DNA of 38,243 nucleotides from a virus. Its lineage: Duplodnaviria; Heunggongvirae; Uroviricota; Caudoviricetes. The DNA lies in the IMG/VR virus record IMGVR_UViG_2721755660_000008, positions 1 to 38,243 of that record, one strand, 5' to 3'. Position 1 is the stretch's first letter. Each line of letters begins with the position of its first letter. The position numbers were made by a program, and so were the translations under genes. The notes under the pieces were generated by a model that was not told the DNA's origin, searched no databases, and saw only the letters and a program-made list of their open reading frames with translations. This document shows, piece by piece, positions 29,748 to 37,192 of the stretch.

Positions 29748-30044
29748 ATGGAATTTCTGATAGTTTTTGTTGTTGTTTTGGTCATCATTCTTTTTGTTTT
29801 GCTAAGCATTAGTAAAAAGCTATCTCAAGTGATTGAACATAGCTCTAATCGCGCAAAAGAAGAAGAGCATCTAATTGATATAAAAGAGATTCTCTCTGAT
29901 ATAAAAATCACATTAGATGAAATAAAATACACAACAGATCTAATTGAACAGTATAAAATACCAACCCCAAACGAGAGAAAAGCAATAGATCAATATCGTA
30001 TTGACTTAGAAATCGACGAAATGCTAAGCAAAAGAAAAGACTAA
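29748..30044 (+). CDS. Small membrane-anchored protein of unknown function, 98 aa, rex position
   Basis: GGAGG RBS 40 nt after cI stop, same strand; N-terminal TM helix FLIVFVVVLVIILFVLLSI then charged helical region; AT-rich codons. Confidence 0.6.
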   Translation: MEFLIVFVVVLVIILFVLLSISKKLSQVIEHSSNRAKEEEHLIDIKEILSDIKITLDEIKYTTDLIEQYKIPTPNERKAIDQYRIDLEIDEMLSKRKD

Positions 30045-30049
30045 AAACA

Positions 30050-30078
30050 CCCGGCCTCAGCGCCGGGTTTTCTTTTCC
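30050..30078 (+). terminator. Intrinsic terminator ending the cI operon (tImm-like)
   Basis: CCCGGC-ctcagc-GCCGGG followed by TTTTCTTTTCC. Confidence 0.6.
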
Positions 30079-30254
30079 TGCCGTTCACCACCCAATCACC
30101 CATCATCATCATAGACAAGCATCAAGCAAAAGGTAACACCTTCACCCCGCACGCAAGCCCTCAAACACCAATCAATCAGCAACATTTACAAAAATAAAAT
30201 ACCTTTGTTATCCATCACTTATAACTTATTTACCACAAAATATAAATTAGGTTA

Positions 30255-30283
30255 TTGACCACACCTATAACCTAAGTTATCTT
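30255..30283 (+). promoter_or_regulatory. Putative PL promoter with overlapping OL operator (ATAAC-ctaa-GTTAT at 30267-30280)
   Basis: TTGACC-17 bp-TATCTT; operator half-sites identical to those in OR. Confidence 0.55.
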
Positions 30284-30328
30284 TAAGCCATCAGCAGGAA
30301 GCTGGAAGCCAAACGGAACAGATTGGCA

Positions 30329-30363
30329 GGCTCTTTAACTTCGATGGGGCGCTGACAAAGCGC
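30329..30363 (+). promoter_or_regulatory. nutL-like site (boxA GCTCTTTAA and boxB hairpin GCGCU-GACAA-AGCGC)
   Basis: Located between PL and the N-like gene. Confidence 0.55.
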
Positions 30364-30482
30364 AAACAGATACCAAACGAGATGGGTTTGGCGGTGATGT
30401 GAATTGCAGCTGCAACGACAGCAACCAGAAGATCAGCACCTGGCGCATCACCACCAAAGCCATTTCACATGAGGAAAACATC

Positions 30483-30791
30483 ATGACGGTAATCGTGTAT
30501 GGGAAATCAACATTCGCAGGAAATGCCAAAACTCGCCGTCATGAGCGGCGCAGAAAGCTGGCTATTGAGCGTGATGCTATCTGTAACATCATTGATTCTA
30601 TCTTCGGCACAGACAGTGAGGAGCCTGTTCAGGAAGCCCCAAGAAAGCGTTTAAGCCTTTCTGAAAAAGCAATATCACTCGGCAACATTCGTAACCAAAA
30701 TACCGACGAATGCAGTGGAAGTATTTGCCTGACAAACGTAGCCATTTACGCGGCAGGCTACCGGAAATCAAAACAACTGACGGCGAGGTAA
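30483..30791 (+). CDS. N-type antitermination protein (P22 gp24-like)
   Basis: ORF 30399..30791 (GTG) trimmed to ATG at 30483 with GAGGAA RBS; Arg-rich motif GNAKTRRHERRRKLAIE; C-terminus LYAAGYRKSKQLTAR. Confidence 0.85.
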   Translation: MTVIVYGKSTFAGNAKTRRHERRRKLAIERDAICNIIDSIFGTDSEEPVQEAPRKRLSLSEKAISLGNIRNQNTDECSGSICLTNVAIYAAGYRKSKQLTAR

Positions 30792-30793
30792 TT

Positions 30794-31246
30794 ATGGATT
30801 TAAATAAATTGGAAGCGTTATTAGAAGCATCAGTAAAAAATTTTATATCAGTAATTGATGAAAAAACTGAAGATATTAAGAAGGCAAATATTATCGAACT
30901 TGTAAAAACAAGAGCCAGTACATTTGAGCACCTTCCTGATGATGTCCGGTCAGCGGCAATTCACGTATATGTAACGGCACTAAGCAATATTGAACCCCCA
31001 ATTGATGAAGAATCAAGAGATATTCAGAGAAAACGGTTTGAGATGTTAGCCAGCAACATTATCGCGGGTTTTACACAGCTCTTAACAAAAGAGCCTGCCA
31101 GTGAAGCTGTTCGCCAGCAGGCTCAGGTAATGATTAATCAGGCAGAAACTATTTCACGTGAGCGAAAAGCATTTGATAAATCGGTTTCTGAACTTCCAAC
31201 ACCTCAACCACAGCCGCTGAACCTTCCTTCTCAACAAACTGAATAA
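30794..31246 (+). CDS. Hypothetical helical protein, first gene after N, 150 aa
   Basis: ORF 30710..31246 trimmed to Met29 (MDLNKLEALLE) 3 nt after N stop with GAGGT RBS; AT-rich 5' half. Confidence 0.55.
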   Translation: MDLNKLEALLEASVKNFISVIDEKTEDIKKANIIELVKTRASTFEHLPDDVRSAAIHVYVTALSNIEPPIDEESRDIQRKRFEMLASNIIAGFTQLLTKEPASEAVRQQAQVMINQAETISRERKAFDKSVSELPTPQPQPLNLPSQQTE

Positions 31247-31403
31247 CTTCATCAAGATGCTTTTTTGCATGTGATGATTGCTCAGGTGGCATAGCAGAAA
31301 CAATCGAAATGATTGCTTGCTGGAGCGCGAGGTTTTCAGTGCTCAGTTTTGAAACTCTGTCGTTTAAATCCTCAATGATTTTAACAAGAGATACATCTGA
31401 CAT
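31149..31403 (-). CDS. Hypothetical protein, 84 aa, oppositely oriented within the PL operon
   Basis: ORF 31149..31445 trimmed to Met15 (MSDVSLVKIIEDL) with AAGGAG RBS 5 nt upstream; 3' end overlaps 3' end of the 150-aa gene by 98 nt. Confidence 0.5.
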   Translation of the reverse strand: MSDVSLVKIIEDLNDRVSKLSTENLALQQAIISIVSAMPPEQSSHAKKHLDEVIQFVEKEGSAAVVEVLEVQKPIYQMLFAHVK

Positions 31404-31415
31404 GTGAACTCCTTC

Positions 31416-31463
31416 TTTTGACTGTGGAAACAACAGTCTACCCATTTCCTTTGACTGTGGAAA
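31416..31463. repeat. Two 14-bp direct repeats TTTGACTGTGGAAA (31417-31430, 31450-31463), 33-bp period, in the divergent intergenic region
   Basis: Exact 14-bp duplication between the 84-aa gene start and the membrane protein gene. Confidence 0.6.
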
Positions 31464-31542
31464 GTGAAGGAACCACCGAGCCTGATGTGGTTAAAAGACA
31501 GGCACAATCTCTACTACCGCAATCCACTATTTAAGGTGATAT

Positions 31543-31992
31543 ATGGAAGAACAAGCAAACAAGATTCTCGTAGAACTACTGCAAAAAGCCAGTAATGGAA
31601 TAGACGCGGCTGTTTCATTTAGCCAAGCACAGATTCCTGATGTTGTTCATCAGTTGCTGCTATGGAATATGGTTGACAGTCTGATTAAAACATTAATTGC
31701 CATTCTAACAATCCCACTGGTTTTCTGGTTTATGAAGAAGCAGTGCCAAAGAGTTGAGACAGGTAAAATCGGTGATGAAGGATATTCATGGGAGAAGGGA
31801 AATCCCAAATACAGGCCGACAATGGTTTGGGATAGCAAAGGTGATATTAATCTTATTATCATGCCATTAGTTGGAGTTTTGGCTCTGTGGGGGATTTTTA
31901 TTATTAGTGCAGTAACCAATATGACATGGTTAAAAATTTTGCTGGCTCCAAAGCTTTACCTTATCGAATATGCAGCATCATTGGTTAAGTAA
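31543..31992 (+). CDS. Two-TM membrane protein of unknown function, 149 aa (candidate exclusion/abortive-infection moron)
   Basis: AAGGTGA RBS; hydrophobic segments LIKTLIAILTIPLVFWFM and INLIIMPLVGVLALWGIFIISAV; AT-rich codons; own terminator downstream. Confidence 0.6.
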   Translation: MEEQANKILVELLQKASNGIDAAVSFSQAQIPDVVHQLLLWNMVDSLIKTLIAILTIPLVFWFMKKQCQRVETGKIGDEGYSWEKGNPKYRPTMVWDSKGDINLIIMPLVGVLALWGIFIISAVTNMTWLKILLAPKLYLIEYAASLVK

Positions 31993-31996
31993 TTTC

Positions 31997-32022
31997 AGGC
32001 CGCATAGTCGGCCTTTATTTTT
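31997..32022 (+). terminator. Intrinsic terminator after membrane protein gene
   Basis: AGGCCG-catagt-CGGCCT followed by TTATTTTTGG. Confidence 0.55.
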
Positions 32023-32141
32023 GGCACTAACAACAGAATAAACACTGCACTGTGTATTCATTCCAACGAGTGAATACACGGAGCAATGTCGCTCGTAACT
32101 AAACAGGAGCCGACTTGTTCTGATTATTGGAAATCTTCTTT

Positions 32142-32167
32142 GCCCTCCAGTGTGAGGGCGTTTTTTT
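32142..32167 (+). terminator. Intrinsic terminator immediately upstream of the 322-aa gene
   Basis: GCCCTC-cagtgt-GAGGGC followed by GTTTTTTT; GGAGG RBS of next gene follows. Confidence 0.6.
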
Positions 32168-32179
32168 GATGGAGGATAT

Positions 32180-33148
32180 ATGAGTGAAGTAACAGATTTA
32201 GTTGTTATTGAAAAAGCAAATGCAATGACTGTATTTCAGTCTGCCGACCAGATTGAAGAAATCCTTCAAAAGGTTGAACGCGAAGTTATGTCCTTTGTGC
32301 CTGATATCACAACGGCAAAGGGCAGAAAGGAGATCGCTTCTCTGGCGTATAAAGTTGCGCAGACGAAAACATATCTCGATGGTCTTGGCAAAGACCTTGT
32401 TGCTGAACTGAAGGAAATTCCAAAGCTAATTGATGCCAACCGCAAGACAGTGCGTGATCGCCTTGATGAGCTGAAAGCCAAGGCACGCCAGCCTCTTACT
32501 GATTATGAGGAAGAACAGGCGCGGATTAAAGCTGAAGAAGAAGCTAAGGCAGCAGCTGAAGCTCTCGCAAAGCAAATTGAGTCTGACCATGAAATAGCGA
32601 TTTTGATGGATCGCGAATTTGACCGCCAAAGAGAAGAGGCAAGACTCAAAGCGGAGCAGGAAAAGCGAGAGCATGAAGAACGCTTAAAAAGAGAAGCTGA
32701 AGAGAAAGCCAGAGCAGAAGCCGAAGCAAAGGCAAAAGCCGAAATTGAAGCAGCAGCAAGGCGAGAAGCAGAAGCTAAGGCCGCAGCGGAACGTGCAGAG
32801 CGTGAACGCATTGAAGCAGAGCAACGAGCACAGCGCGAAGCAAAAGAGGCAGCAGAACGAGCTGAAAGAGAAAAGCAGGCGGCAATTGAAGCAGAACGCC
32901 GAAAAGCACAGGAGGAGGCTGAACGAATCCGGCGCGAGGCTGAAGCAAAAGAGCAAGCCAGAATAGCAGAAGAAAAAAGAATCAAGGAAGAAGAAGAGCG
33001 TAGAGCAAAGGATAAAGCTCACCGGAAAGAAGTAAATAACAAAATACTTGCTGACCTTATCAAGGTTGGTGCATCAGAAGATGTTGCTAAAAATATCATA
33101 ACAGCCATCGTAAAAGGCGAAGTATTCGCAACAAAAATAACCTACTAA
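32180..33148 (+). CDS. Hypothetical protein with ~150-residue E/R/K/A-rich coiled-coil repeat region, 322 aa
   Basis: GGAGG RBS; low-complexity central region (AEAKAKAEIEAAARREAEAKAAAERAERERIEAEQRAQ...). Confidence 0.7.
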   Translation: MSEVTDLVVIEKANAMTVFQSADQIEEILQKVEREVMSFVPDITTAKGRKEIASLAYKVAQTKTYLDGLGKDLVAELKEIPKLIDANRKTVRDRLDELKAKARQPLTDYEEEQARIKAEEEAKAAAEALAKQIESDHEIAILMDREFDRQREEARLKAEQEKREHEERLKREAEEKARAEAEAKAKAEIEAAARREAEAKAAAERAERERIEAEQRAQREAKEAAERAEREKQAAIEAERRKAQEEAERIRREAEAKEQARIAEEKRIKEEEERRAKDKAHRKEVNNKILADLIKVGASEDVAKNIITAIVKGEVFATKITY

Positions 33149-33172
33149 TAAAACCAACATAAGGAACCACCC

Positions 33173-33304
33173 ATGATTTACGCAATCGCGGGAGGCGCTC
33201 GCATGGGTGCCTTCCAATTAAATGAATCTTTACTTGAACGAATCACCCGTAAATTACGTGACGGATGGAAAAGAGTTGAGGTCTTATTATGCGCAATGAA
33301 ATAG
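33173..33304 (+). CDS. cIII: CIII-like FtsH inhibitor (43 aa)
   Basis: Hand-translated: MIYAIAGGARMGAFQLNESLLERITRKLRDGWKRVEVLLCAMK; core ESLLERITRKLRDGWKR as in lambda CIII; GGAA RBS. Confidence 0.7.
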   Translation: MIYAIAGGARMGAFQLNESLLERITRKLRDGWKRVEVLLCAMK

Positions 33305-33441
33305 CCATCAATCACCAGATGCTTCGTGCTGCACAGAACAAAGCAGTAATAGCCAGATTTATTGGTGATTCAAAAATGTGGCTTGAAGCAAATAAAGCGA
33401 TGAAATCAGCTATCAACCTTCCGTGGTATCGCAGGAAATGA
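33289..33441 (+). CDS. kil: Kil-like small protein (50 aa)
   Basis: Hand-translated: MRNEIAINHQMLRAAQNKAVIARFIGDSKMWLEANKAMKSAINLPWYRRK; GAGGT RBS; position after cIII; FIGD motif recalled from lambda Kil. Confidence 0.45.
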   Translation: MRNEIAINHQMLRAAQNKAVIARFIGDSKMWLEANKAMKSAINLPWYRRK

Positions 33442-33596
33442 GTTTTACAGATAACTGGTCAGACGAAGAATTCATTCGTCAGATGAAAGAATTAATCGGT
33501 AGCGAAGGAGATATTCATGTCACTTGCAACCACAGTGAAGGAGAGCAAGTTACAGAGACGCATGTACACGCAGAAAGCTCTCTGGTATCGCCATAA
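33438..33596 (+). CDS. Small hypothetical protein (52 aa)
   Basis: ATGA-coupled ORF after kil-like gene: MSFTDNWSDEEFIRQMKELIGSEGDIHVTCNHSEGEQVTETHVHAESSLVSP. Confidence 0.3.
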   Translation: MSFTDNWSDEEFIRQMKELIGSEGDIHVTCNHSEGEQVTETHVHAESSLVSP

Positions 33597-33695
33597 TGGT
33601 GACCGCGAAGGAATGCGGGTATGCCTTAATTTGTCCCGAGTCGAAGTATTAAATCAGCGTTATTTCCTTGGGCCGTGTCCATTCTGAGGTGAATT

Positions 33696-34403
33696 ATGGA
33701 TTTGAACAAATTCGATGAGCCATTCAGCCCTGAAGATATCGAATGGCGAATACAGCAAAGCGGTAAAACACGCGATGGCAAGGTGTGGGCTATGGTGCTG
33801 GCTTATGTCACGAACCGGGCAATCATGAAACGCCTGGACGATGTTTGCGGCAAAGCAGGATGGCGCAATGAATACCGCGATATTCCCAACAACGGCGGCG
33901 TTGAATGCGGCATATCAATAAAGATTGATTCCGAATGGGTAACCAAATGGGATGCTGCTGAAAACACGCAGGTAGAAGCCGTCAAAGGTGGTCGTTCCGG
34001 TGCAATGAAGCGCGCTGCCGTTCAGTGGGGAATCGGTCGGTATCTGTATAACCTTGAGGAAGGTTTCGCACAAACATCTCTCGATAAAAAGCAGGGGTGG
34101 CACAGGGCAAAACTGAAGGATGGAACAGGATTTTACTGGCTCCCTCCATCGCTTCCGGGATGGGCAATCCCAGCATCAGATAACAAACCATCACCAGAAA
34201 ATACCAACCAGAAATCTCCATCGGTTGACTGCGAACAAATCCTGAAAGACTTCAGCGATTATGCGTCAACAGAAACTGACAAGAAAAAACTCATCGAGCG
34301 TTATCAGCGTGACTGGCAATTAATGGCTGGCAATGAGGATGCGCAGGCTAAATGCGTTCAGGTAATGAACATCAGAGTTAACGAACTAAAACAGGCGGCA
34401 TAA
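33696..34403 (+). CDS. Rad52-family single-strand annealing protein
   Basis: 235 aa; motifs VLAYVTNRAIMKRLDDVCGKAGW and GAMKRAAVQWGIGRYLYNL resemble the Rad52 N-terminal domain. Confidence 0.7.
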   Translation: MDLNKFDEPFSPEDIEWRIQQSGKTRDGKVWAMVLAYVTNRAIMKRLDDVCGKAGWRNEYRDIPNNGGVECGISIKIDSEWVTKWDAAENTQVEAVKGGRSGAMKRAAVQWGIGRYLYNLEEGFAQTSLDKKQGWHRAKLKDGTGFYWLPPSLPGWAIPASDNKPSPENTNQKSPSVDCEQILKDFSDYASTETDKKKLIERYQRDWQLMAGNEDAQAKCVQVMNIRVNELKQAA

Positions 34404-34910
34404 ATGGCAAGCAGAGGCGTAAATAAGGTGATTATCCTTGGTCGGGTAGGACAAGACCCGGAAGTTCGATACTCACCATCAGGAACAGCGTTCGCTAACC
34501 TGACAATAGCCACGTCAGAACAATGGCGAGATAAAAATACTGGCGAGCAAAAGGAATTGACTGAATGGCATCGTGTTGCTGTATCCGGGAAACTGGCTGA
34601 GGTCGTGGGGCAGTATGTGAAAAAAGGTGATCAGATTTATTTCGAGGGAATGCTGAGAACCAGAAAGTGGAAAGACCAGTCAGGGCAAGACCGTTACACA
34701 ACCGAGGTTCATGTCGGAATTAATGGCGTGATGCAAATGCTTGGCGGAATTGGCGACAGCAAACAACAAGCAGCCAGCAGGCAATCACAGAAGCCACAGC
34801 AGCAATCATCACCAGCACAACACAACGAACCTCCGATGGATTTTGACGACGATATCCCATTTGCACCAGTAACTCTCCCCTTCCCTCGTCACGCTATTCA
34901 CGCAATTTAA
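34404..34910 (+). CDS. ssb: Single-stranded DNA-binding protein SSB, with 15-aa extension after the DDDIPF tip
   Basis: [23 protein letters not shown]...[15 protein letters not shown]...[11 protein letters not shown]-fold; C-terminus ...[26 protein letters not shown]. Confidence 0.9.
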   Translation: MASRGVNKVIILGRVGQDPEVRYSPSGTAFANLTIATSEQWRDKNTGEQKELTEWHRVAVSGKLAEVVGQYVKKGDQIYFEGMLRTRKWKDQSGQDRYTTEVHVGINGVMQMLGGIGDSKQQAASRQSQKPQQQSSPAQHNEPPMDFDDDIPFAPVTLPFPRHAIHAI

Positions 34911-34923
34911 TCAGGAGAAAATC

Positions 34924-35220
34924 ATGCCAGCGCCTCTGTATGGTGCGGATGACGCGCGCCGCTGTTCCGGCAATTCCGTATCGGAGGTGCTGGATAAATT
35001 CAGAAAAAACTACGATCGAATAATGTCTCTACCGCAGGAAACGAAAGAGGAAAAGGAATTTCGCCACTGTATATGGCTTGCAGAGAAAGAAGAACGCGAG
35101 CGAATTTACCAGACATCAATCCGACCATTCCGCAAAGCCACATATACCCACTTCCCTGAATATATCGACCCGCGCCTGCGTAATTACCGCTCACGCTATG
35201 GCGCTATCAGTAATGACTGA
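34924..35220 (+). CDS. Hypothetical ea-region protein, 98 aa
   Basis: ORF with GGAGA RBS after ssb. Confidence 0.5.
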   Translation: MPAPLYGADDARRCSGNSVSEVLDKFRKNYDRIMSLPQETKEEKEFRHCIWLAEKEERERIYQTSIRPFRKATYTHFPEYIDPRLRNYRSRYGAISND

Positions 35221-35230
35221 GGAATTTACC

Positions 35231-35398
35231 ATGATAGGACTTGCATACAATCCCGGCATTCTTCCGGCAGAAATGATTATTCGCCAACGCGTAAAGCCAA
35301 TGCCATCGAGAGAGGAATTGCTAAAGAGAAATTCTTTTCCGTCAGTGAATCAAAACAAATATCTGAATGCGATGTGGCGCAAAGGAGGCAACCAGTGA
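35231..35398 (+). CDS. Small hypothetical protein (55 aa)
   Basis: ORF 35078..35398 trimmed to MIGLAYNPG start with GAGGAA RBS 6 nt upstream. Confidence 0.3.
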   Translation: MIGLAYNPGILPAEMIIRQRVKPMPSREELLKRNSFPSVNQNKYLNAMWRKGGNQ

Positions 35399-35975
35399 GC
35401 AAGATTGACTATCAGGCACTGCGTGCTAAGGCAGAGAAAGCAACGTGTGGTGTGTGGTCGCTCGAATATGGAGAGGGCCGATTTGATGGTGATGATGCAC
35501 TAATTCATCGCGAGGCTGCTGGATATATTCCTATTTGCAGAATTGAAGGAGCGCATCCAGAAAGCGGTTTCGATGAAGATTTCCAAATGGAACAGCAGGC
35601 CAATGCTGAATTCATCGCCGCAGCCAGTCCAGTTACCGTGCTGGCATTGTTGGATGAACGGAAAGAAACCAGCAATACATCAAATGCCGCGACCAGGAGA
35701 ACGAGGATATTGCGCTAACGGTAGGGAAGCTGAGAGTTGAGCTGGAAGCAGCAAAATCAAAACTCAACGAGCAGCGTGAATATTACGAGGGAGTAATCGC
35801 GGATGGAAGTAAGCGCATTGCTGAACTGGAAGCGCGGGAAATACTGCTCCCGGAACGTAGCAGTATGCTTCATCGAACAGATTTTCACGAGGATTACCAA
35901 ACGGTAATGGCATACAAAGTTTCTGAGGTCATCGCTGCAATCCGCGCCGCTGGCATTCGCATCAAAGGAGAGTGA
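35395..35975 (+). pseudogene. Ead/Ea22-like gene split between two reading frames (N-terminal 107 codons in one frame to 35718, coiled-coil C-terminal part in the -1 frame to 35975)
   Basis: GTG start with AAGGAGG RBS; frame A ends ...LALLDERKETSNTSNAATRRTRILR*; the -1 frame is open from about 35660 and encodes ...ENEDIALTVGKLRVELEAAKSKLNEQREYYEGVIADGSKRIAELEAR... with no start codon. Confidence 0.4.
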
Positions 35976-35976
35976 G

Positions 35977-36168
35977 ATGTACGGACAAATATCAATCGTT
36001 CGACCAGGAGCATGTGACGATCGCGAAATACGAATAATTATTCGTCTGGCAATGGGGAAAACAATAACTGCTCTCATTACCCCAGAAAATCTCGCATTAG
36101 CATTAACCGGAAAGTCAGACCAGCCAGTAGAGCTAAAGCTGCGAAATGTTGAGATTAAGGTGAAATAG
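35977..36168 (+). CDS. Hypothetical protein, 63 aa
   Basis: ORF with GGAGAG RBS directly after the Ea22-like coding region. Confidence 0.5.
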   Translation: MYGQISIVRPGACDDREIRIIIRLAMGKTITALITPENLALALTGKSDQPVELKLRNVEIKVK

Positions 36169-36170
36169 CT

Positions 36171-36665
36171 ATGACCACTATTACCAAAGAACGTATTGAA
36201 TTGTTCATTAAAAATCCGCTTGAAAACGGGCTTACTCGTGGCGAACAAATGGAACTGGCACGAATTGCTCTGGCATCGCTGGAAGCAGAACCGGTGGCGT
36301 GGAAGGTAACATTCACGCAAATTGATCGTGAATATAACACGTTCACTGGTATGTATTCTGACAAAGCAGAAGTCGAACGGTGGGTGCGGCTGCATAAAGC
36401 ATGTAATTTTCGGGCAGATATAACACCGCTTTATACCGCCAAGCCAGTGCCGGTAACTCCGGATAGTTGGATAAGCTGTAGTGAGCGAATGCCGAAAGGG
36501 TATGCTGATGTGTTAGTGACCGACGGAGAGCATGTCGAGGTTAAATGGTGGGATGAATCTGGGTATTGGAATAGTTGGACGGAACTTAACTCAGATATCT
36601 TTGCCGATGAAATAACTCACTGGATGCCGCTACCAGAACCGCCGCAGGAGGTTAAACGTGGCTAA
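36171..36665 (+). CDS. DUF551-domain protein (ea-region)
   Basis: 164 aa; C-terminal W-rich region DSWISCSERMPKGYADVLVTDGEHVEVKWWDESGYWNSW typical of DUF551. Confidence 0.7.
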   Translation: MTTITKERIELFIKNPLENGLTRGEQMELARIALASLEAEPVAWKVTFTQIDREYNTFTGMYSDKAEVERWVRLHKACNFRADITPLYTAKPVPVTPDSWISCSERMPKGYADVLVTDGEHVEVKWWDESGYWNSWTELNSDIFADEITHWMPLPEPPQEVKRG

Positions 36666-36727
36666 CCTGCAACTTGCCGTCAAAGGTGAATAACAATCCT
36701 CGCACTCGCGGGGATTTCTTTTATCTG

Positions 36728-36753
36728 AACTCGCTACGGCGAGTTTTGTTTTA
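36728..36753 (+). terminator. Weak intrinsic terminator after DUF551 gene
   Basis: AACTCGC-tacg-GCGAGTT followed by TTGTTTTA. Confidence 0.4.
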
Positions 36754-36765
36754 TGGAGATGATAA

Positions 36766-36933
36766 ATGCACTTCCGAGTCACAGGAGAATGGAATGGAGA
36801 GCCATTCGACAGGGTTATCGAAGCAGAGGACATCAACGACTGCTATAACCACTGGATGATATGGGCGCAGATAGCACATGCAGACGTAACCAATATTCGA
36901 ATTGAAGAACTGAAAGAACACCAAACCGCCTGA
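36766..36933 (+). CDS. Small hypothetical protein (55 aa)
   Basis: Hand-translated ORF below the 60-aa ORF-track cutoff: GGAG RBS 7 nt upstream; MHFRVTGEWNGEPFDRVIEAEDINDCYNHWMIWAQIAHADVTNIRIEELKEHQTA; strong terminator follows. Confidence 0.5.
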   Translation: MHFRVTGEWNGEPFDRVIEAEDINDCYNHWMIWAQIAHADVTNIRIEELKEHQTA

Positions 36934-36948
36934 TGGCGGTTTTTTTCT
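36924..36948 (+). terminator. Intrinsic terminator upstream of xis
   Basis: ACCGCC-tgat-GGCGGT followed by TTTTTTTC. Confidence 0.65.
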
Positions 36949-36973
36949 TGCGTGTAATTGCGGAGACTTTGCG

Positions 36974-37192
36974 ATGTACTTGACACTTCAGGAGTGGAAC
37001 GCACGCCAGCGACGCCCAAGAAGCCTTGAAACAGTTCGTCGATGGGTGCGCGAATGCAGGATATTCCCTCCTCCGGTTAAGGATGGAAGAGAGTATCTGT
37101 TCCACGAATCAGCGGTAAAGGTTGACTTAAATCGACCAGTAACAGGTAGCCTTTTGAAGAGGATCAGAAATGGGAAGAAGGCGAAGTCATGA
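36974..37192 (+). CDS. xis: Excisionase (lambda Xis-type)
   Basis: 72 aa MYLTLQEWNARQRRPRSLETVRRWVRECRIFPPPVKDGREYLFHESAVKVDL, matches lambda Xis as recalled. Confidence 0.9.
   Translation: MYLTLQEWNARQRRPRSLETVRRWVRECRIFPPPVKDGREYLFHESAVKVDLNRPVTGSLLKRIRNGKKAKS

Noticed and set aside
32426-33022. Several minus-strand and alternative-frame ORFs (32426..32674, 32503..32985, 32684..33022, 32745..32966) and repetitive DNA that could be mistaken for a repeat array
   Set aside because: They are alternative-frame or antisense readings of the low-complexity E/R/K/A coding repeats of the 322-aa gene; the repeats are irregular and coding, with no spacer-repeat periodicity, so not a CRISPR array
35543-35740. 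65-aa plus-strand ORF overlapping the Ea22-like gene
   Set aside because: Third-frame reading (Cys/Trp/Pro-rich) across the frame-change region; neither of the two frames carrying Ea22-like sequence
35757-36395. 212-aa minus-strand ORF
   Set aside because: Antisense to the DUF551 gene and the 63-aa gene; Cys/Phe/Arg-rich composition typical of antisense translation; opposite to all neighbouring genes
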